Positions 40,497 through 51,813 of a stretch of 64,000 nt of DNA are shown piece by piece. Location of the stretch: contig CBDDBX010000043.1 in assembly GCA_965225955.1 (NCBI GenBank), positions 61,187-125,186 on the forward strand, read 5' to 3'. Source of the stretch: Candidatus Aminicenantia bacterium. Lineage in GTDB: Bacteria; Acidobacteriota; Aminicenantia; UBA2199. The notes under the pieces are model-generated. The model saw nothing but the letters and a program-made list of their open reading frames with translations, was not told the origin of the DNA and ran no database searches. Positions within the stretch are counted from its first letter, which is position 1. Each line of letters starts with the position of its first letter. The translations under genes and the position numbers were made by a program.

Positions 40497-41516
40497 TCAG
40501 AAGCTGTAATATTCCCTGTACCAGGATGCAAAACTTTTTATACCATCTTTCAGAGGAGTTGAAGGCTTATAGCCAAACTCTTTTTCAAGATCAGAACAAT
40601 CCGCCCATGTTACCTCGACATCCCCAGGCTGAATCGGCATCATATTCTTCTCTGCAGTTTTACCAAACTCACTCTCAAGTGTAGTAATGAAGTCCATGAG
40701 ATTAACAGGATTACTATTTCCTATATTACAGAGTCTGTACCCGGGAGTACCCTCAGCGGTCGAAGGAGGAGAATCAAGCACTTTTGTAACTCCGGTTACA
40801 ATATCATCAATATAGGTAAAATCCCTCTCCATCCGGCCATAATTAAAAACTTTCAGCTCACTATCTTCATTTATGGCTTTTGCAAAAATAACAGGAGCCA
40901 TGTCCGGTCTTCCCCATGGTCCGTAAACAGTAAAAAATCTTAAACCGGAAACAGGTATATTATAGAGATGTGAGTAGGTGTAAGCCATTAATTCATTGGA
41001 TTTTTTAGTAGCAGCATAGAGGGACACCGGACTATCTACACTATCATGTACGCTGAACGGGACTTTTTTATTGGCTCCATATACTGAAGAGGAGCTTGCA
41101 TAAACCAGATGTTTAACCGGATAGTGACGACAGGATTCCAGAATGTTGAGATATCCGACAATATTACTCTGAATATAGGCATGGGGATTCTCAATAGAGT
41201 ATCTCACTCCTGCCTGAGCTGCGAGATGGCATACTGAGTCAAAGTTCTCTTTTTTAAACAGCTCCTCAAGATTCTCTCTGTCTTCCAGATTCATCATAAC
41301 AAACCTGTACTTCTGGAAACAGGAACTGTTAACTTCTTTACCATAGGAAATATCTTCACGGTTAACTCCACACTGCTGAAGACGCCCATATTTGAGTCCT
41401 ACATCATAGTAGTCGTTTATACTATCAAGCCCTACGACCTCATCTCCTCTGCTTATAAGGTATTTAACCATATGATAACCAATAAAGCCTGCTGTGCCGG
41501 TAACCAGAACCTTCAT
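40497..41516 (-). CDS. NAD-dependent epimerase/dehydratase (UDP-glucuronate 4-epimerase-like)
   Basis: About 339 aa from MKVLVTG (GGAGG SD). GTAGFIGYH Rossmann motif. YxxxK (YAATKK). Confidence 0.85.
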   Translation of the reverse strand: MKVLVTGTAGFIGYHMVKYLISRGDEVVGLDSINDYYDVGLKYGRLQQCGVNREDISYGKEVNSSCFQKYRFVMMNLEDRENLEELFKKENFDSVCHLAAQAGVRYSIENPHAYIQSNIVGYLNILESCRHYPVKHLVYASSSSVYGANKKVPFSVHDSVDSPVSLYAATKKSNELMAYTYSHLYNIPVSGLRFFTVYGPWGRPDMAPVIFAKAINEDSELKVFNYGRMERDFTYIDDIVTGVTKVLDSPPSTAEGTPGYRLCNIGNSNPVNLMDFITTLESEFGKTAEKNMMPIQPGDVEVTWADCSDLEKEFGYKPSTPLKDGIKSFASWYREYYSF

Positions 41517-41613
41517 ATTTCCTCCAGAAGCGTCTTCCCTGAGAACATAAGGGAATTTATCCAATTATAGCCTATAAGGCAGCTTTTGAAAATATTATTT
41601 TTTTGTATATAAT

Positions 41614-42000
41614 TTGAATTATACAAGGAGGTGGAATTTGAAATATGCAGCGCTAATTATTACAGCTATACTGCTACTCATATCCTGTTCTCCAAACAAA
41701 TTCAGATCTGAACTGGACTTCGGCAACAAGCTATCTTCTGAAGGTCTATGGAATGAAGCAGAATACTGGTGGAAAAGATCTGTAAAGAAAAATGGAGAAA
41801 CTGCAGCAACCCTGAACAACATGGGAGTATTTTACGAACAGAAGAGCCAATTGGAAAAAGCTCTTGAGCACTACAAGAGGGCTCAGAAACTCTCACCGGG
41901 GAACCGTTATATCAAACTTAACATTGAGAGGGTAACAAGAAGGCTTGGCAAAAAGCCGGAAGCTCCAGACAAAAAGAAAGGAGCTGAAAATGAGAAATAG
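41614..42000 (+). CDS. TPR-repeat lipoprotein
   Basis: 128 aa. Lipobox LISCS. One or two TPR units (LNNMGVFYEQKSQLEKALEHYKRAQKLSP). Confidence 0.55.
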   Translation: MNYTRRWNLKYAALIITAILLLISCSPNKFRSELDFGNKLSSEGLWNEAEYWWKRSVKKNGETAATLNNMGVFYEQKSQLEKALEHYKRAQKLSPGNRYIKLNIERVTRRLGKKPEAPDKKKGAENEK

Positions 42001-42628
42001 CCTGATAGTTTTAACAGTAGTTGTATCTATGCTTCTGGCTGTATCATGTGCCCGCCCCAATCATAAGGCAGTGAAGATAACTGTTGAGCCTCAGTCAGGT
42101 ATAGATTTTGAGAAATACAAAAATGTATACTACGCCGGGTTCTACATTAAAAGAGAAGGTAAGAAAACTGACAGTAAAGATGTAACTGACAATTTTTTCC
42201 TTAAAGAACTGCCAAAAGCTCTGGCTCTTGAGATTAAAAGGCTTCCTTCAGCTCCTGAATGGCAGAATGGCAAAAAGGAATTCCGGGATTTGCGGGAACA
42301 ATACCCCGATAGTCTTATAATTTCAGGCATGGCTACAATTAAAGAGTCCAGCAAAAGTGTTATCCGCAAAATAAAGGACAAAGATGGCAACAAAAAGAAA
42401 CAGTTTGTAGAGACTAAAGCAGAAACAATCAAATCAACAGTTGTTATTTTTGATACCAGAACCGGTAGAAAGATCTTTAGCAGAAAATTCACCAATAAAT
42501 TATCAGGTAAAGAGCTTGGAGAGAAGGATTTTAACCTGAAAGCACTTTTTGAGAACAATATGGATAAATTTATAAGAAACCTTCTCAAGCGTCCCGGTAG
42601 GGAAACCCGTTACATAATTTATAAATGA
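41990..42628 (+). CDS. Lipoprotein, hypothetical
   Basis: About 212 aa from MRNSLIV (AAAGGAG SD). Lipobox LAVSC. Lys-rich. Confidence 0.5.
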   Translation: MRNSLIVLTVVVSMLLAVSCARPNHKAVKITVEPQSGIDFEKYKNVYYAGFYIKREGKKTDSKDVTDNFFLKELPKALALEIKRLPSAPEWQNGKKEFRDLREQYPDSLIISGMATIKESSKSVIRKIKDKDGNKKKQFVETKAETIKSTVVIFDTRTGRKIFSRKFTNKLSGKELGEKDFNLKALFENNMDKFIRNLLKRPGRETRYIIYK

Positions 42629-42642
42629 AAGGGAGCTTAATT

Positions 42643-45468
42643 ATGAAAAAAGTAATCATTTCAGCAATTCTGCTGATAGCATCAGCCCTTTCACTAAATG
42701 CCCAGCTCGGATATTACTATTACGGTAAAAATAAAGTTATGAAAAAGAAGTTTCACTGGAAATATGCGGAAACAGAAAATTTCAAAATACACTACTATAC
42801 GGACAATACCGATCTGATAAGGCGGATAGGGCTGAGTGCGGAGAAATCATACAGAGCACTTTCTGACTATCTTAATATTAAAGTTAAGCAGAAAATCCCT
42901 CTGATTTTCTATAAAAACCACATAGATTTTGAACAGACCAACATTACAAGCTATGTACCCATGGGAGCTCTGGCCTTTGCCGAACCTATGGCTTACAGAG
43001 TTGTAATTCAGGGTGATTCGTCATTCAAGGATCTTGCTGAAACAATACAGCATGAACTGGGACATATTTTTGAATACACTCTTATGGGTAACAGAGTATT
43101 CAGAATGAGGCCGCCTCTGTGGCTGATGGAAGGTTTTTCTGACTTCATCACCTTTGACTGGGATGAGTTCTCTCTTCTCACTGTAAGAGATGCTGTTATA
43201 AACAACCAGATACCCAAATTTAACAAATACGGGCAGTTTGGCATAGGTGGAGGAAGAGCTCCTTACGATTTTGGTCATCTTATATTTGAGTTTGTAGCAG
43301 AAAGACATGGAGCCACAGGAGTAAGGAAACTTATCAGATCAATAAAAGGTTCCACCTTTTTCCGCAGATCAGGTAATGCCCTTAAAATACTTGGCTATAC
43401 TCACAAGACGTTTAATTATGAATTTGGTAAATATCTGAGAAAAAGGTTTAAAAAATACAGAGATCTTGAGAATCCTGAAGATTACAGTTTCTCTATTGGT
43501 CCTGAATTCCCCTTTATCTACTCTTTCTACCATAAGCTCTCTCCTTCAGGGGAATTAATGGCTGTGCTCACTGTTAACAGAAAGAGCAGGGATCTGGATA
43601 TCATTCTGTTGTCTGTAAAAGATGGCAAAGTTATAAAAAACATTACCCCGGGATACACTTCAAAATATGATGGAATAAATCTTAAATTCAATCCGAAAGA
43701 TGGTTCATCATTTGCGTGGAACCGTGACAGCGACAGGCTGGCCTTCTTTGCCAGAAAAGAGCTTGACTATTTCCTTATAACAGTAGATGTTCTTAATGGG
43801 AAAATTCTCCAGAGAATTAAAATGCCGGAAATCCATGACCCCTCTTCACCGGTATTTCATCCAACAAAAGACGAAATATACTTTACTGCACTAAAAGGGA
43901 CAAACTCTCCAATATACAAGATTAATCTGAAAACTGAAAAAGCAGAGATACTTACCCACAGTAAGAAATTTATAAAGGCTCTGGACATCTCAAATGATGG
44001 AAAAAGGATTGTCTATTCAGCAAAAGAGACAAGTGAAACTGACTGGTTCAAACTTTATGCGGCTCCATTAACACATCCTGACTCAGCAGTAAAAATTACT
44101 GACGGTGAGTTTAACGACATAACCCCATCTTTTTCAGAAGACGCAAAGAAGATCTACTATAGTTCAAACGATACTTCATCCTATAATGTCTGCACCATAA
44201 ACAGTGACGGAAGCAACAGACAGAGATTTACCAATGTCAGTACAGGTAACTTCTTCCCTTCAGAAATTCCCGGCAAAAAGAATCAGGTAATTATCTCCTC
44301 TTATTTCAACGGAATCTTCCAGTTATTCAAACTTAAACTGGAAAAACCTGTTAAAGAAGTAAGCAAACTTGACCCCTGGGTTCTGGATAAGCCGGTTCAG
44401 AAAGCTGTAAAAGATTTCAGACTCAGTCCTGAAAAGAAGTACAGCCCACTGAGCAAACTTCACGTAAAGAGCCTCTCTCCTGTTGCAGTCAGTATCGGTA
44501 CAGACGGACGTTTTCTTGGCTACTCTTACCTGACAATGAGTGATCTTATGGGAGATCACAACTTCTCTCTGATGCTCATAAACTATTATGGATACCAGTC
44601 TTACCACTTCTACTATGTTGATCAGAGCAGAAGGCTACAGCCGGTAGTACATCTGTTCCTCAACAAATCTGTATACTACAGGGGCTATAACTACAACGAC
44701 TACCTTACTGTAAGGGAAACATATGGTGGTGAAATTGGCTTCTACTATCCATTTAACAGATCATACAGAGCAGAAGCCACTGTCTCTTTCTACAATCAGA
44801 AAGAGAGATCAGATCTCTTTTACGGAGGAGTCAATCTCCCTTATGGTCAGTATTTTGATGGTAAAGCCATGCCTGTAAAACTATCTCTTGTAGGAGAAAC
44901 TACAGGTTTTATGCATTATGGCCCAAACAGAGGACACACATTCAAACTCAGTTACAGCAAATACCTCCCTCTGTCAGATTCAATGCTTGATGCATACTCC
45001 ATTACTGCAGATGTCAGAAAGTATGTACATATAGACAACCATACTCTTTTGGCATTCAGAGCTATGGGCTTCTATTCCGGCGGTAAAAACCCGATACTTT
45101 TCTGGACTGGAGGGGATAACACTATAAGAGCTAAAGGATACTCTTCAATGGTTGGTAGCAGAGGTTTTGTGTTTAATGCTGAATTCAGATTTACTCTTGT
45201 TCACGCCCTTGCAACCCCTATCGGAATAATGGGGCCTATCAGAGGAACTTTCTTCTTCGATTTAGGAGCTGCATGGTTCAAAGATCAGGACTTTGACTTC
45301 TTTGTTGATGGTGATGGTCTGAGACTGAAAGATCCGATCTCTTCATACGGATTTGGTCTTCAGTTCTTCTTCTTCGGTTACCCAATGCACTTTGACTGGA
45401 TATTTACAACAGACTGGAAAAACGATCGCTATCACGGATTTAAATTCTGGATCGGTTTCGATTTCTAA
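42643..45468 (+). CDS. Large outer-membrane protein: zincin-like HExxH region + TolB-like beta-propeller + C-terminal Omp85/BamA-like beta-barrel
   Basis: About 941 aa from MKKVII (AGGGAG SD). Signal peptide. HELGH metal-binding motif. PD40/TolB-like repeats (ITPSFSEDAKKIYYSS, DISNDGKRIVYSA). C-terminal 400 aa amphipathic beta-strands ending ...FWIGFDF. Confidence 0.6.
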   Translation: MKKVIISAILLIASALSLNAQLGYYYYGKNKVMKKKFHWKYAETENFKIHYYTDNTDLIRRIGLSAEKSYRALSDYLNIKVKQKIPLIFYKNHIDFEQTNITSYVPMGALAFAEPMAYRVVIQGDSSFKDLAETIQHELGHIFEYTLMGNRVFRMRPPLWLMEGFSDFITFDWDEFSLLTVRDAVINNQIPKFNKYGQFGIGGGRAPYDFGHLIFEFVAERHGATGVRKLIRSIKGSTFFRRSGNALKILGYTHKTFNYEFGKYLRKRFKKYRDLENPEDYSFSIGPEFPFIYSFYHKLSPSGELMAVLTVNRKSRDLDIILLSVKDGKVIKNITPGYTSKYDGINLKFNPKDGSSFAWNRDSDRLAFFARKELDYFLITVDVLNGKILQRIKMPEIHDPSSPVFHPTKDEIYFTALKGTNSPIYKINLKTEKAEILTHSKKFIKALDISNDGKRIVYSAKETSETDWFKLYAAPLTHPDSAVKITDGEFNDITPSFSEDAKKIYYSSNDTSSYNVCTINSDGSNRQRFTNVSTGNFFPSEIPGKKNQVIISSYFNGIFQLFKLKLEKPVKEVSKLDPWVLDKPVQKAVKDFRLSPEKKYSPLSKLHVKSLSPVAVSIGTDGRFLGYSYLTMSDLMGDHNFSLMLINYYGYQSYHFYYVDQSRRLQPVVHLFLNKSVYYRGYNYNDYLTVRETYGGEIGFYYPFNRSYRAEATVSFYNQKERSDLFYGGVNLPYGQYFDGKAMPVKLSLVGETTGFMHYGPNRGHTFKLSYSKYLPLSDSMLDAYSITADVRKYVHIDNHTLLAFRAMGFYSGGKNPILFWTGGDNTIRAKGYSSMVGSRGFVFNAEFRFTLVHALATPIGIMGPIRGTFFFDLGAAWFKDQDFDFFVDGDGLRLKDPISSYGFGLQFFFFGYPMHFDWIFTTDWKNDRYHGFKFWIGFDF

Positions 45469-45481
45469 AGAAAAGAATAAA

Positions 45482-45506
45482 AAACGGGCTGCCCACCAGC
45501 CCGTTT
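45482..45506. terminator. Bidirectional rho-independent terminator between convergent genes
   Basis: GC-rich stem AACGGGCTG / CAGCCCGTT, 6-nt loop, A-tract before and T-tract after. Confidence 0.55.
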
Positions 45507-45525
45507 CACCTTAACAGCAGTTCTC

Positions 45526-47784
45526 TTAACTGTTTTTTATTTTGAATTTCACCTTGTTATCTTTTATTGAAAGAGAGACTTCCCCACCTTTTTTGAGGCC
45601 TCCAAAAAGCACCTCTTCCACGAAATAGTCCCTCACCTCTTCGGTAACAACCCTGGCAATTTCCCTTGCTCCATATAGTTTGGAAAAGCCTTTTTCAGCA
45701 AGCCATTCTATACATGACCGGGGAACCTTAAGAACAACATCCTTTTCCTTCAGACTCATTTCAAACAGAGCTAGTTCTTTCTTAACAATATTACAGGCAA
45801 TCTTAAGATCAAGTTCATTAAACACCACCACTCTGTCAAGTCTGTTTCTGAACTCCGGGGTAAACACTTTCTCTACAGCACTGTTTACAGCTCCTTTATT
45901 AAGTTCCTGCATCTCAAAACCGATACTCTTCTTACTCATCTCTCTGGCACCGGCGTTGGAGGTCATAATTATTATAACATTCCGAAAATCTGCTTTAACT
46001 CCTGTATTATCTGTTAAAGTAGCATAATCCATTATCTGCAGAAGAGTATTGAAAATATCCTCATGAGCCTTTTCTATTTCATCCAGTAGTAATACTGAGT
46101 GAGGCGTTTTCCTTATTGTTTCGGTAAGAAGTCCCCCCTGTTCAAAACCAACATACCCCGGAGGAGCTCCAATAAGCCTTGCAACAGCATGTTTCTCCTG
46201 GTATTCACTCATATCGAAACGGTTCAGAGGGATACTTAATTCAGAAGCCAGAGTTTTGGCCAACTCAGTTTTACCTACTCCAGTTGGCCCTACAAAAAGC
46301 ATTGAAGCGACAGGTTTGTCCTGATTACCAAAACCAGCCCGTGCTCTTTTTATTGCAGCCACAACGCCCTCAATTGCCTCTTCCTGACCATAAACATGCG
46401 TTTTCAAAGCCTTTTCCATACCCATAAGTTTCTTTACTTCAGATCTGGAAACTGTTTTAACAGGAATACCAGCCATACTGGCAACAATCTTTTCGACTTC
46501 ACTTTTACCTATTCTGGTTCTCTTACCGCTCTCTGTTTCTGATTTCAGCCTTACAACAGCACCAGCTTCATCAATTACATCTATAGCCTTATCAGGCAGG
46601 AATCTGTCATTAATGTATTTAGAAGCCAGCTGTACTGCACTCTCCAGAGCACATTCAGTGTATGTAACATTGTGATAATCTTCAAATCTCTCTTTAAGCC
46701 CCTTCAGTATATTTATTGTACCGTCATCATCAGGCTCATTAATATCTATCTTCTGAAAACGACGGGACAGAGCTCTGTCTTTTTCAAAATATTTTCTGTA
46801 CTCTTCGAAAGTAGTAGTTCCGACACATCTGAGTTTACCAGTGGAAAGAGCAGGCTTAATAAGATTGGATGCGTCCATAGAACCACCCGATACTGCACCG
46901 GCTCCTACTATATTGTGAATTTCATCAATAAACAGAATTGCATCTTCTATTTCAGAAAGTTCATTCAGAACCTTTTTCATTCTCTCTTCAAAATCACCTC
47001 TGTATTTAGTTCCTGCAAGGAGCGCACCAATATCAAGAGAAAAAATCTTTACATCCTTCACTGGAGCCGGGCAGTTACCAGAAGCAATTATCTGAGCAAT
47101 TCCTTCAGTAATAGCTGTTTTACCAACTCCGGGATTTCCAACATGAACCGGGTTGTTTTTTCTTCTGCGACAAAGTACCTGGAGAGTTCGCTCAATTTCA
47201 GCTTCTCTTCCTATAACAGGATCCAGCTCATCTGCTTTTGCTTTAGCTACAAGCTCCACAGTGTACTTCTCAAGAAAAGAAGATTTCTTCTTTTTTTCTC
47301 CCGCCTCTTTGTATTCCAGTTCCTCTTCCGGCACATCGTAACCGGACTCTTCAGAAAAAGATACTCCATGAGATATATAATTCAGTACATCAAGACGACT
47401 TACACCTTCCTGTTCAAGAAAATAGACCGCAAAAGACTCCTGTTCATAAAAGATAGCTGCCAGAACATCCCCTATCTCCATTTCACTCTTACTTGCGGAA
47501 CTTACATGGAGAGCCGCATTTTCAATAACATTTCTGAAAGATTCAGACTGTACCGGCTCTTTATCTTCTACTGAAGGAATCCCATCATCTTCAAAAAAGG
47601 CTTCGAAATTCTCTTTCAGAATTTCCGGATCACCTCCGGCACTCTCAACTATTTCCATTCCCACTTCAAAAAAGAGAGAGGCATACACGAGGTGCTCCGG
47701 TGTTATATATTCATGTTTACGTTTCTTAGCCTCACTAAGGGCATTGGCAATCATATGTTGCAGATCTCTATTTATTTTCATCAT
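45526..47784 (-). CDS. clpA: ATP-dependent Clp protease ATP-binding subunit ClpA
   Basis: 752 aa. Two AAA+ modules ([16 protein letters not shown]). ClpA N-domain. Confidence 0.95.
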   Translation of the reverse strand: MMKINRDLQHMIANALSEAKKRKHEYITPEHLVYASLFFEVGMEIVESAGGDPEILKENFEAFFEDDGIPSVEDKEPVQSESFRNVIENAALHVSSASKSEMEIGDVLAAIFYEQESFAVYFLEQEGVSRLDVLNYISHGVSFSEESGYDVPEEELEYKEAGEKKKKSSFLEKYTVELVAKAKADELDPVIGREAEIERTLQVLCRRRKNNPVHVGNPGVGKTAITEGIAQIIASGNCPAPVKDVKIFSLDIGALLAGTKYRGDFEERMKKVLNELSEIEDAILFIDEIHNIVGAGAVSGGSMDASNLIKPALSTGKLRCVGTTTFEEYRKYFEKDRALSRRFQKIDINEPDDDGTINILKGLKERFEDYHNVTYTECALESAVQLASKYINDRFLPDKAIDVIDEAGAVVRLKSETESGKRTRIGKSEVEKIVASMAGIPVKTVSRSEVKKLMGMEKALKTHVYGQEEAIEGVVAAIKRARAGFGNQDKPVASMLFVGPTGVGKTELAKTLASELSIPLNRFDMSEYQEKHAVARLIGAPPGYVGFEQGGLLTETIRKTPHSVLLLDEIEKAHEDIFNTLLQIMDYATLTDNTGVKADFRNVIIIMTSNAGAREMSKKSIGFEMQELNKGAVNSAVEKVFTPEFRNRLDRVVVFNELDLKIACNIVKKELALFEMSLKEKDVVLKVPRSCIEWLAEKGFSKLYGAREIARVVTEEVRDYFVEEVLFGGLKKGGEVSLSIKDNKVKFKIKNS

Positions 47785-47798
47785 ATAAACTTTCCCTA

Positions 47799-48107
47799 TT
47801 ACTCCTCTTCATAAGAACATCGCAGAGGAAATCCGCTGTTTCTCGCAGTTTCAGTAACCTGCTTGACTTTTGTACGGGCTACATCGTAAATATAGACCCC
47901 ACAAACGCCATATCCTTTTTTATGTACATCCAGCATTATTGCTGTTGCTTCATTTTCATTTTTATCAAAGAAACTTACCAGAATCTCTACAACAAACTCC
48001 ATGGTCGTATAGTCATCATTGTGCAGAAGTACTTTGTACATTCTCGGCTTTTTTACCCGTGACTCAGTGGCAATACCACTTTCGGGAGTAGCAGCAAAAT
48101 TACTCAT
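47799..48107 (-). CDS. clpS: ATP-dependent Clp protease adaptor ClpS
   Basis: 102 aa. YKVLLHNDDYTTMEFVVEIL. Confidence 0.9.
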   Translation of the reverse strand: MSNFAATPESGIATESRVKKPRMYKVLLHNDDYTTMEFVVEILVSFFDKNENEATAIMLDVHKKGYGVCGVYIYDVARTKVKQVTETARNSGFPLRCSYEEE

Positions 48108-48212
48108 ACATACCTCATCAGAATATAAAATATGCCAGATTATAACATTTTCAACAGGAGGGTAAAACTACTAACAAAGAAGGTTGATAGTTAATAAGGG
48201 CATAAAAAATTT

Positions 48213-48587
48213 CTATGCATCCTCTCCCAGAAGGTTTTTTACACATTTAAGGAATTCATCATTTTTGAAAGGCTTACCAAGAGTAGCATCGGCTCCCAGC
48301 ATCTTAGCAAGAGGCAGATAGGAATCAGGCCCCATTCTGCCACCACCGGAAATAGCTATCACAGGCATATTACATCCCCCCCGCCTTATTTCCTGGATAG
48401 TTTCAATCCCCTCTTTTCCGGGCATGATTATATCGGTAACGATAAGATCATAACTATTGCTGCCTACCATATTAAGACCAGCAGCACCATCTTCTGTACT
48501 ATCAACACTATACCCCGACTTCCTTAAAAAACGGGTTAACATAGCTCTTAAAATATCGTCATCTTCAATTATCAATATCTTTTTCAC
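48213..48587 (-). CDS. Single-domain response regulator (CheY-like receiver)
   Basis: 124 aa. DD...D...T...K receiver residues (IIEDDD, VTDIIMPG, KPF). Confidence 0.8.
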   Translation of the reverse strand: MKKILIIEDDDILRAMLTRFLRKSGYSVDSTEDGAAGLNMVGSNSYDLIVTDIIMPGKEGIETIQEIRRGGCNMPVIAISGGGRMGPDSYLPLAKMLGADATLGKPFKNDEFLKCVKNLLGEDA

Positions 48588-49734
48588 TATTAATAACCTC
48601 CCAAATTTTACGTCCCATCTCCTGTCTGGTGAAAGGTTTATTTAACACTCCCCTTATTCCTGACCCTGCAATTTTCCCGCCAACAATATCACTGCTGAAC
48701 CCTGTACTCAATATAACAGGAAGATCTGATCTGATTTTCAAAGCCGCTACTGCCAGTTCAGGTCCGGTCATATCAGGCATTGTATGATCAGTAATAAGAA
48801 GAACAAATTCATCAGCTCTCTCCTTAAGTATATCAAGAGCTTCCAGACTGCTGCCTGTACCCACAGCATCGTATCCAAGCATTTCCAGAATACCACTACC
48901 AGTTTTTACAATCAACTCGTCATCATCAACAAGTAAAACAGTACCCTCTCCGGTAAATTCAACCTCCTTCTGAAGAGTCACAGGAACTTCAGCCCGTTTA
49001 CGGCCTGCTTCCGGCAGGAGAATTCTGAAAGTAGATCCCTGTCCATCAGCACTACTCACCTGAATGTTTCCTCCACATTTCTCAACAATCCCGTATACCA
49101 CTGACAAACCCATTCCTACTCCCTGCCCAACCTCTTTGGTAGTAAAGAATGGCTCGAAAATTTTCTCCTCCAGATCTTCAGATATTCCTGTTCCACTATC
49201 TGCCACTTCAATAACTATATAAGAACCCGGCTCAACTACTCCTCCTACCTGCCCTGACTCTTCTGACACAAGTCTCTTTCTGAACACCTTTACAGTCAGC
49301 TCACCACCACCATCCATTGCTGACACACCATTTGCAATCAGGTTCATCAGAACTTCATGTACATAAGCTGAATTAAAAAGTACCGGACACTTCTCACCAG
49401 CAATATCCAGCCGACTCTTTATATCAGAAGGAAGAGATAAGCTGATGAGTTCAAACGCCTCTTTAACTACCGGAACAATATCAAGTACCTCTGGTTCTAT
49501 ATTTTCACCTCTGCTGAAAGTCAGAATCTGCTTAATCAGCAACCTGGCACGTTCTCCCGCCCGCATAACCATTCTGAGATTCTCTGCAACCTCACTATCC
49601 TGTTCAACCTCATCAAGGGACATCTCTATAAATCCTGACATTCCACCAAGTACATTGTTAAAATCGTGGGCAATTCCTCCTGCCAGTACCCCTACAGCCT
49701 GCATTTTCTGTGCCTGGCGTGCCTGCTTCTCCAT
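48565..49734 (-). CDS. Hybrid histidine kinase core (HisKA + HATPase_c + receiver); 3' part of a decayed sensor gene
   Basis: 389 aa. H-box IAHDFNN. N, G1 (DSGTGI) and G2 boxes. C-terminal receiver (LLVDDDE...DHTMPDM). Confidence 0.75.
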   Translation of the reverse strand: MEKQARQAQKMQAVGVLAGGIAHDFNNVLGGMSGFIEMSLDEVEQDSEVAENLRMVMRAGERARLLIKQILTFSRGENIEPEVLDIVPVVKEAFELISLSLPSDIKSRLDIAGEKCPVLFNSAYVHEVLMNLIANGVSAMDGGGELTVKVFRKRLVSEESGQVGGVVEPGSYIVIEVADSGTGISEDLEEKIFEPFFTTKEVGQGVGMGLSVVYGIVEKCGGNIQVSSADGQGSTFRILLPEAGRKRAEVPVTLQKEVEFTGEGTVLLVDDDELIVKTGSGILEMLGYDAVGTGSSLEALDILKERADEFVLLITDHTMPDMTGPELAVAALKIRSDLPVILSTGFSSDIVGGKIAGSGIRGVLNKPFTRQEMGRKIWEVINSEKDIDN

Positions 49735-51642
49735 AACTCTGGATTCTGTGAGATCAATAGCAACACCTCCAACAAACGACTTCCATCAGGCATTATCAGA
49801 GGAAATTTAATATCCCGCAGAACAATTACTCTATCTCCATCATCTACTTCATATTCTACTTCTTCATAATCAGATCCATTGATAATCCGCTGTTCGGCTT
49901 CCAAAGGACTTCCTGCCAGCTCATTATTCAGAAGATCTGCCTCTTCCACTTTACGGAATTTATCAAACCCCGGAAACTGAAGGGCCCTCTTGTTTCTGAA
50001 CAGATATTCCAGCTTTTCATCTTTTATATAGGCAAAAACAGGAATATTGCCCATAAATGCAGCAAACTGTGTTTTACTCTTCTCAAGAGCCTCCTCCACT
50101 AACTTCTGATCGGTTACATCAACTGCCATACAATCAACACCCCGGAGTTCATCTCCATCATCAAATACAGGAAGGTGATAATGCTCTACCCATATCTGTT
50201 TCCCATCTTTCCGAATCCACCTTACCCTTATGGGCTTCCGGGTCTCTATTTCACCACTTAGTATCCGCCCCATTAATTTCCGGTTTTCAGGTAGAGTGAT
50301 TCTTATGCCGAGAGCCGATCACTATAGAACTCTTCCGCTCCATATCCGGTGATATCCATCACTGTAGAGTTAATAAAAACATATGTACTCTTTTCAGGAT
50401 CATATTTGTATATCATAGCAGGTGAGTTTTCTGTCAATCTCTTATACTTCCGTTCGCTCTCCTCAAGCGCGAGAGCAGCCCTCTTCTTCTCTGTAATATC
50501 AAGAGATGTCCCCTGTACAGAATATAGACAACCATCTACAATCGTTGCTGTTGAGTTGTAATCACCCAGACTCTATCTCCTTTTCTGTTAACCCTTTCTG
50601 TTTCCATGTTCTCTATGGCAAATCCGGCTTCGTACTGCATTTTCATTATTTGCCCGAAAGTTTCACTGTTTTCCTGCATCAACTCAAAAAGATATTGTCC
50701 CACAACCTCGTTAGCACGATCATACCCAAGGATGAGAGCATAGGAGTCATTGCACTCCTCAAGATACAGATTCTCTTTAACCCATATAGTAGTATCTTCA
50801 AGGGAAAGCCCCAGAGGCATAGGCTTTCTCATCTTAAAAAAGAACAGCATTACCAGGCTGTCTTTTATAAACCTGTAATATCGTCTGTCACTTACTTCTG
50901 CTTTATGACTGGCATCTTCCCGACGACGGATCTGGGTGCCCAGCAGCTTATAAAAAACAAAAAAGCCTATATATCCTATAAACAGAATTGCTATGTAAGA
51001 TAGAATAAATGAGCTGACTCTGTCACTGTGAATTCTGAAATATCTGCCCATTGGAACAGATACACTGATCCCCCTCTGATATCCCCAACTTTATATCCCT
51101 GCATAGAATGGCACTTAAGGCACCCCTCTTCTACAAACATAGGCTCCATAAATCTTAAGTAGATCTTACTCCCGATCTTCTCAACTACACTACTTTCAGC
51201 CTTACCTTCCCGGAACTCCATAAGACTCTTTTTCTCCCAGGTATCAGGTATATTTACAGGATTTATCGGGTTAAGACTTGTAACATGGCCTTTGACACCA
51301 AGGGTTTTAAACCGATCTCATGAACCTGCCGTGTCATATATGCCGGATTAATTAAAGTATATTTTCTGCCTTTTACAGAGATAATATCTCTCTCTTCTAC
51401 TTTGAGATAGGGATTAGGGATACCTTTATCTGAAACAGGAACATATAAACCCCCATGCATTGAGGCCCACCTTCTGTACTGAAGGTCTTTATTGTAACCT
51501 GCTCTGGCCTGCTCAAGTGCAAGCATCCTGACATCTTCCTCATCTGCTTAACATTGATCAGAAATGCTCCAATCAGAATAAGTGTAAAGAAGCTTATCAG
51601 CCAGATAAAAATTTGCCTTACTTTTTTAATATCACTGCTCAT
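49692..51642 (-). pseudogene. Sensor region of the histidine kinase broken into at least 5 frame fragments (TM anchor, heme-c CxxCH sensor domain, 2 PAS-like domains)
   Basis: Same-strand fragments 51397-51642, 51263-51526, 50991-51221 (CLKCH), 50536-51051 and 49692-50273 lie in different frames, with an unread gap at 50274-50535. Confidence 0.55.
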
Positions 51643-51813
51643 TACTTCAGCCTGCCAAAGCTATAGCTATACTATATAATAGATAACGAATTTAATCTCA
51701 TTTCATCATAAATTTATCAGACTCCGGCATTCCGGGCTGATTTTATATCAGCCAATTCATTTCAAAGTGCTGCAATCCATCAGAAACCTGAATATTGACG
51801 GCTCTGAAAAAAA

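Noticed and set aside
46672-47574. 300-aa + strand ORF inside clpA
   Set aside because: Antisense to an unambiguous ClpA coding region. Product is low-complexity (Phe/Ser/Leu-rich) with no motifs.
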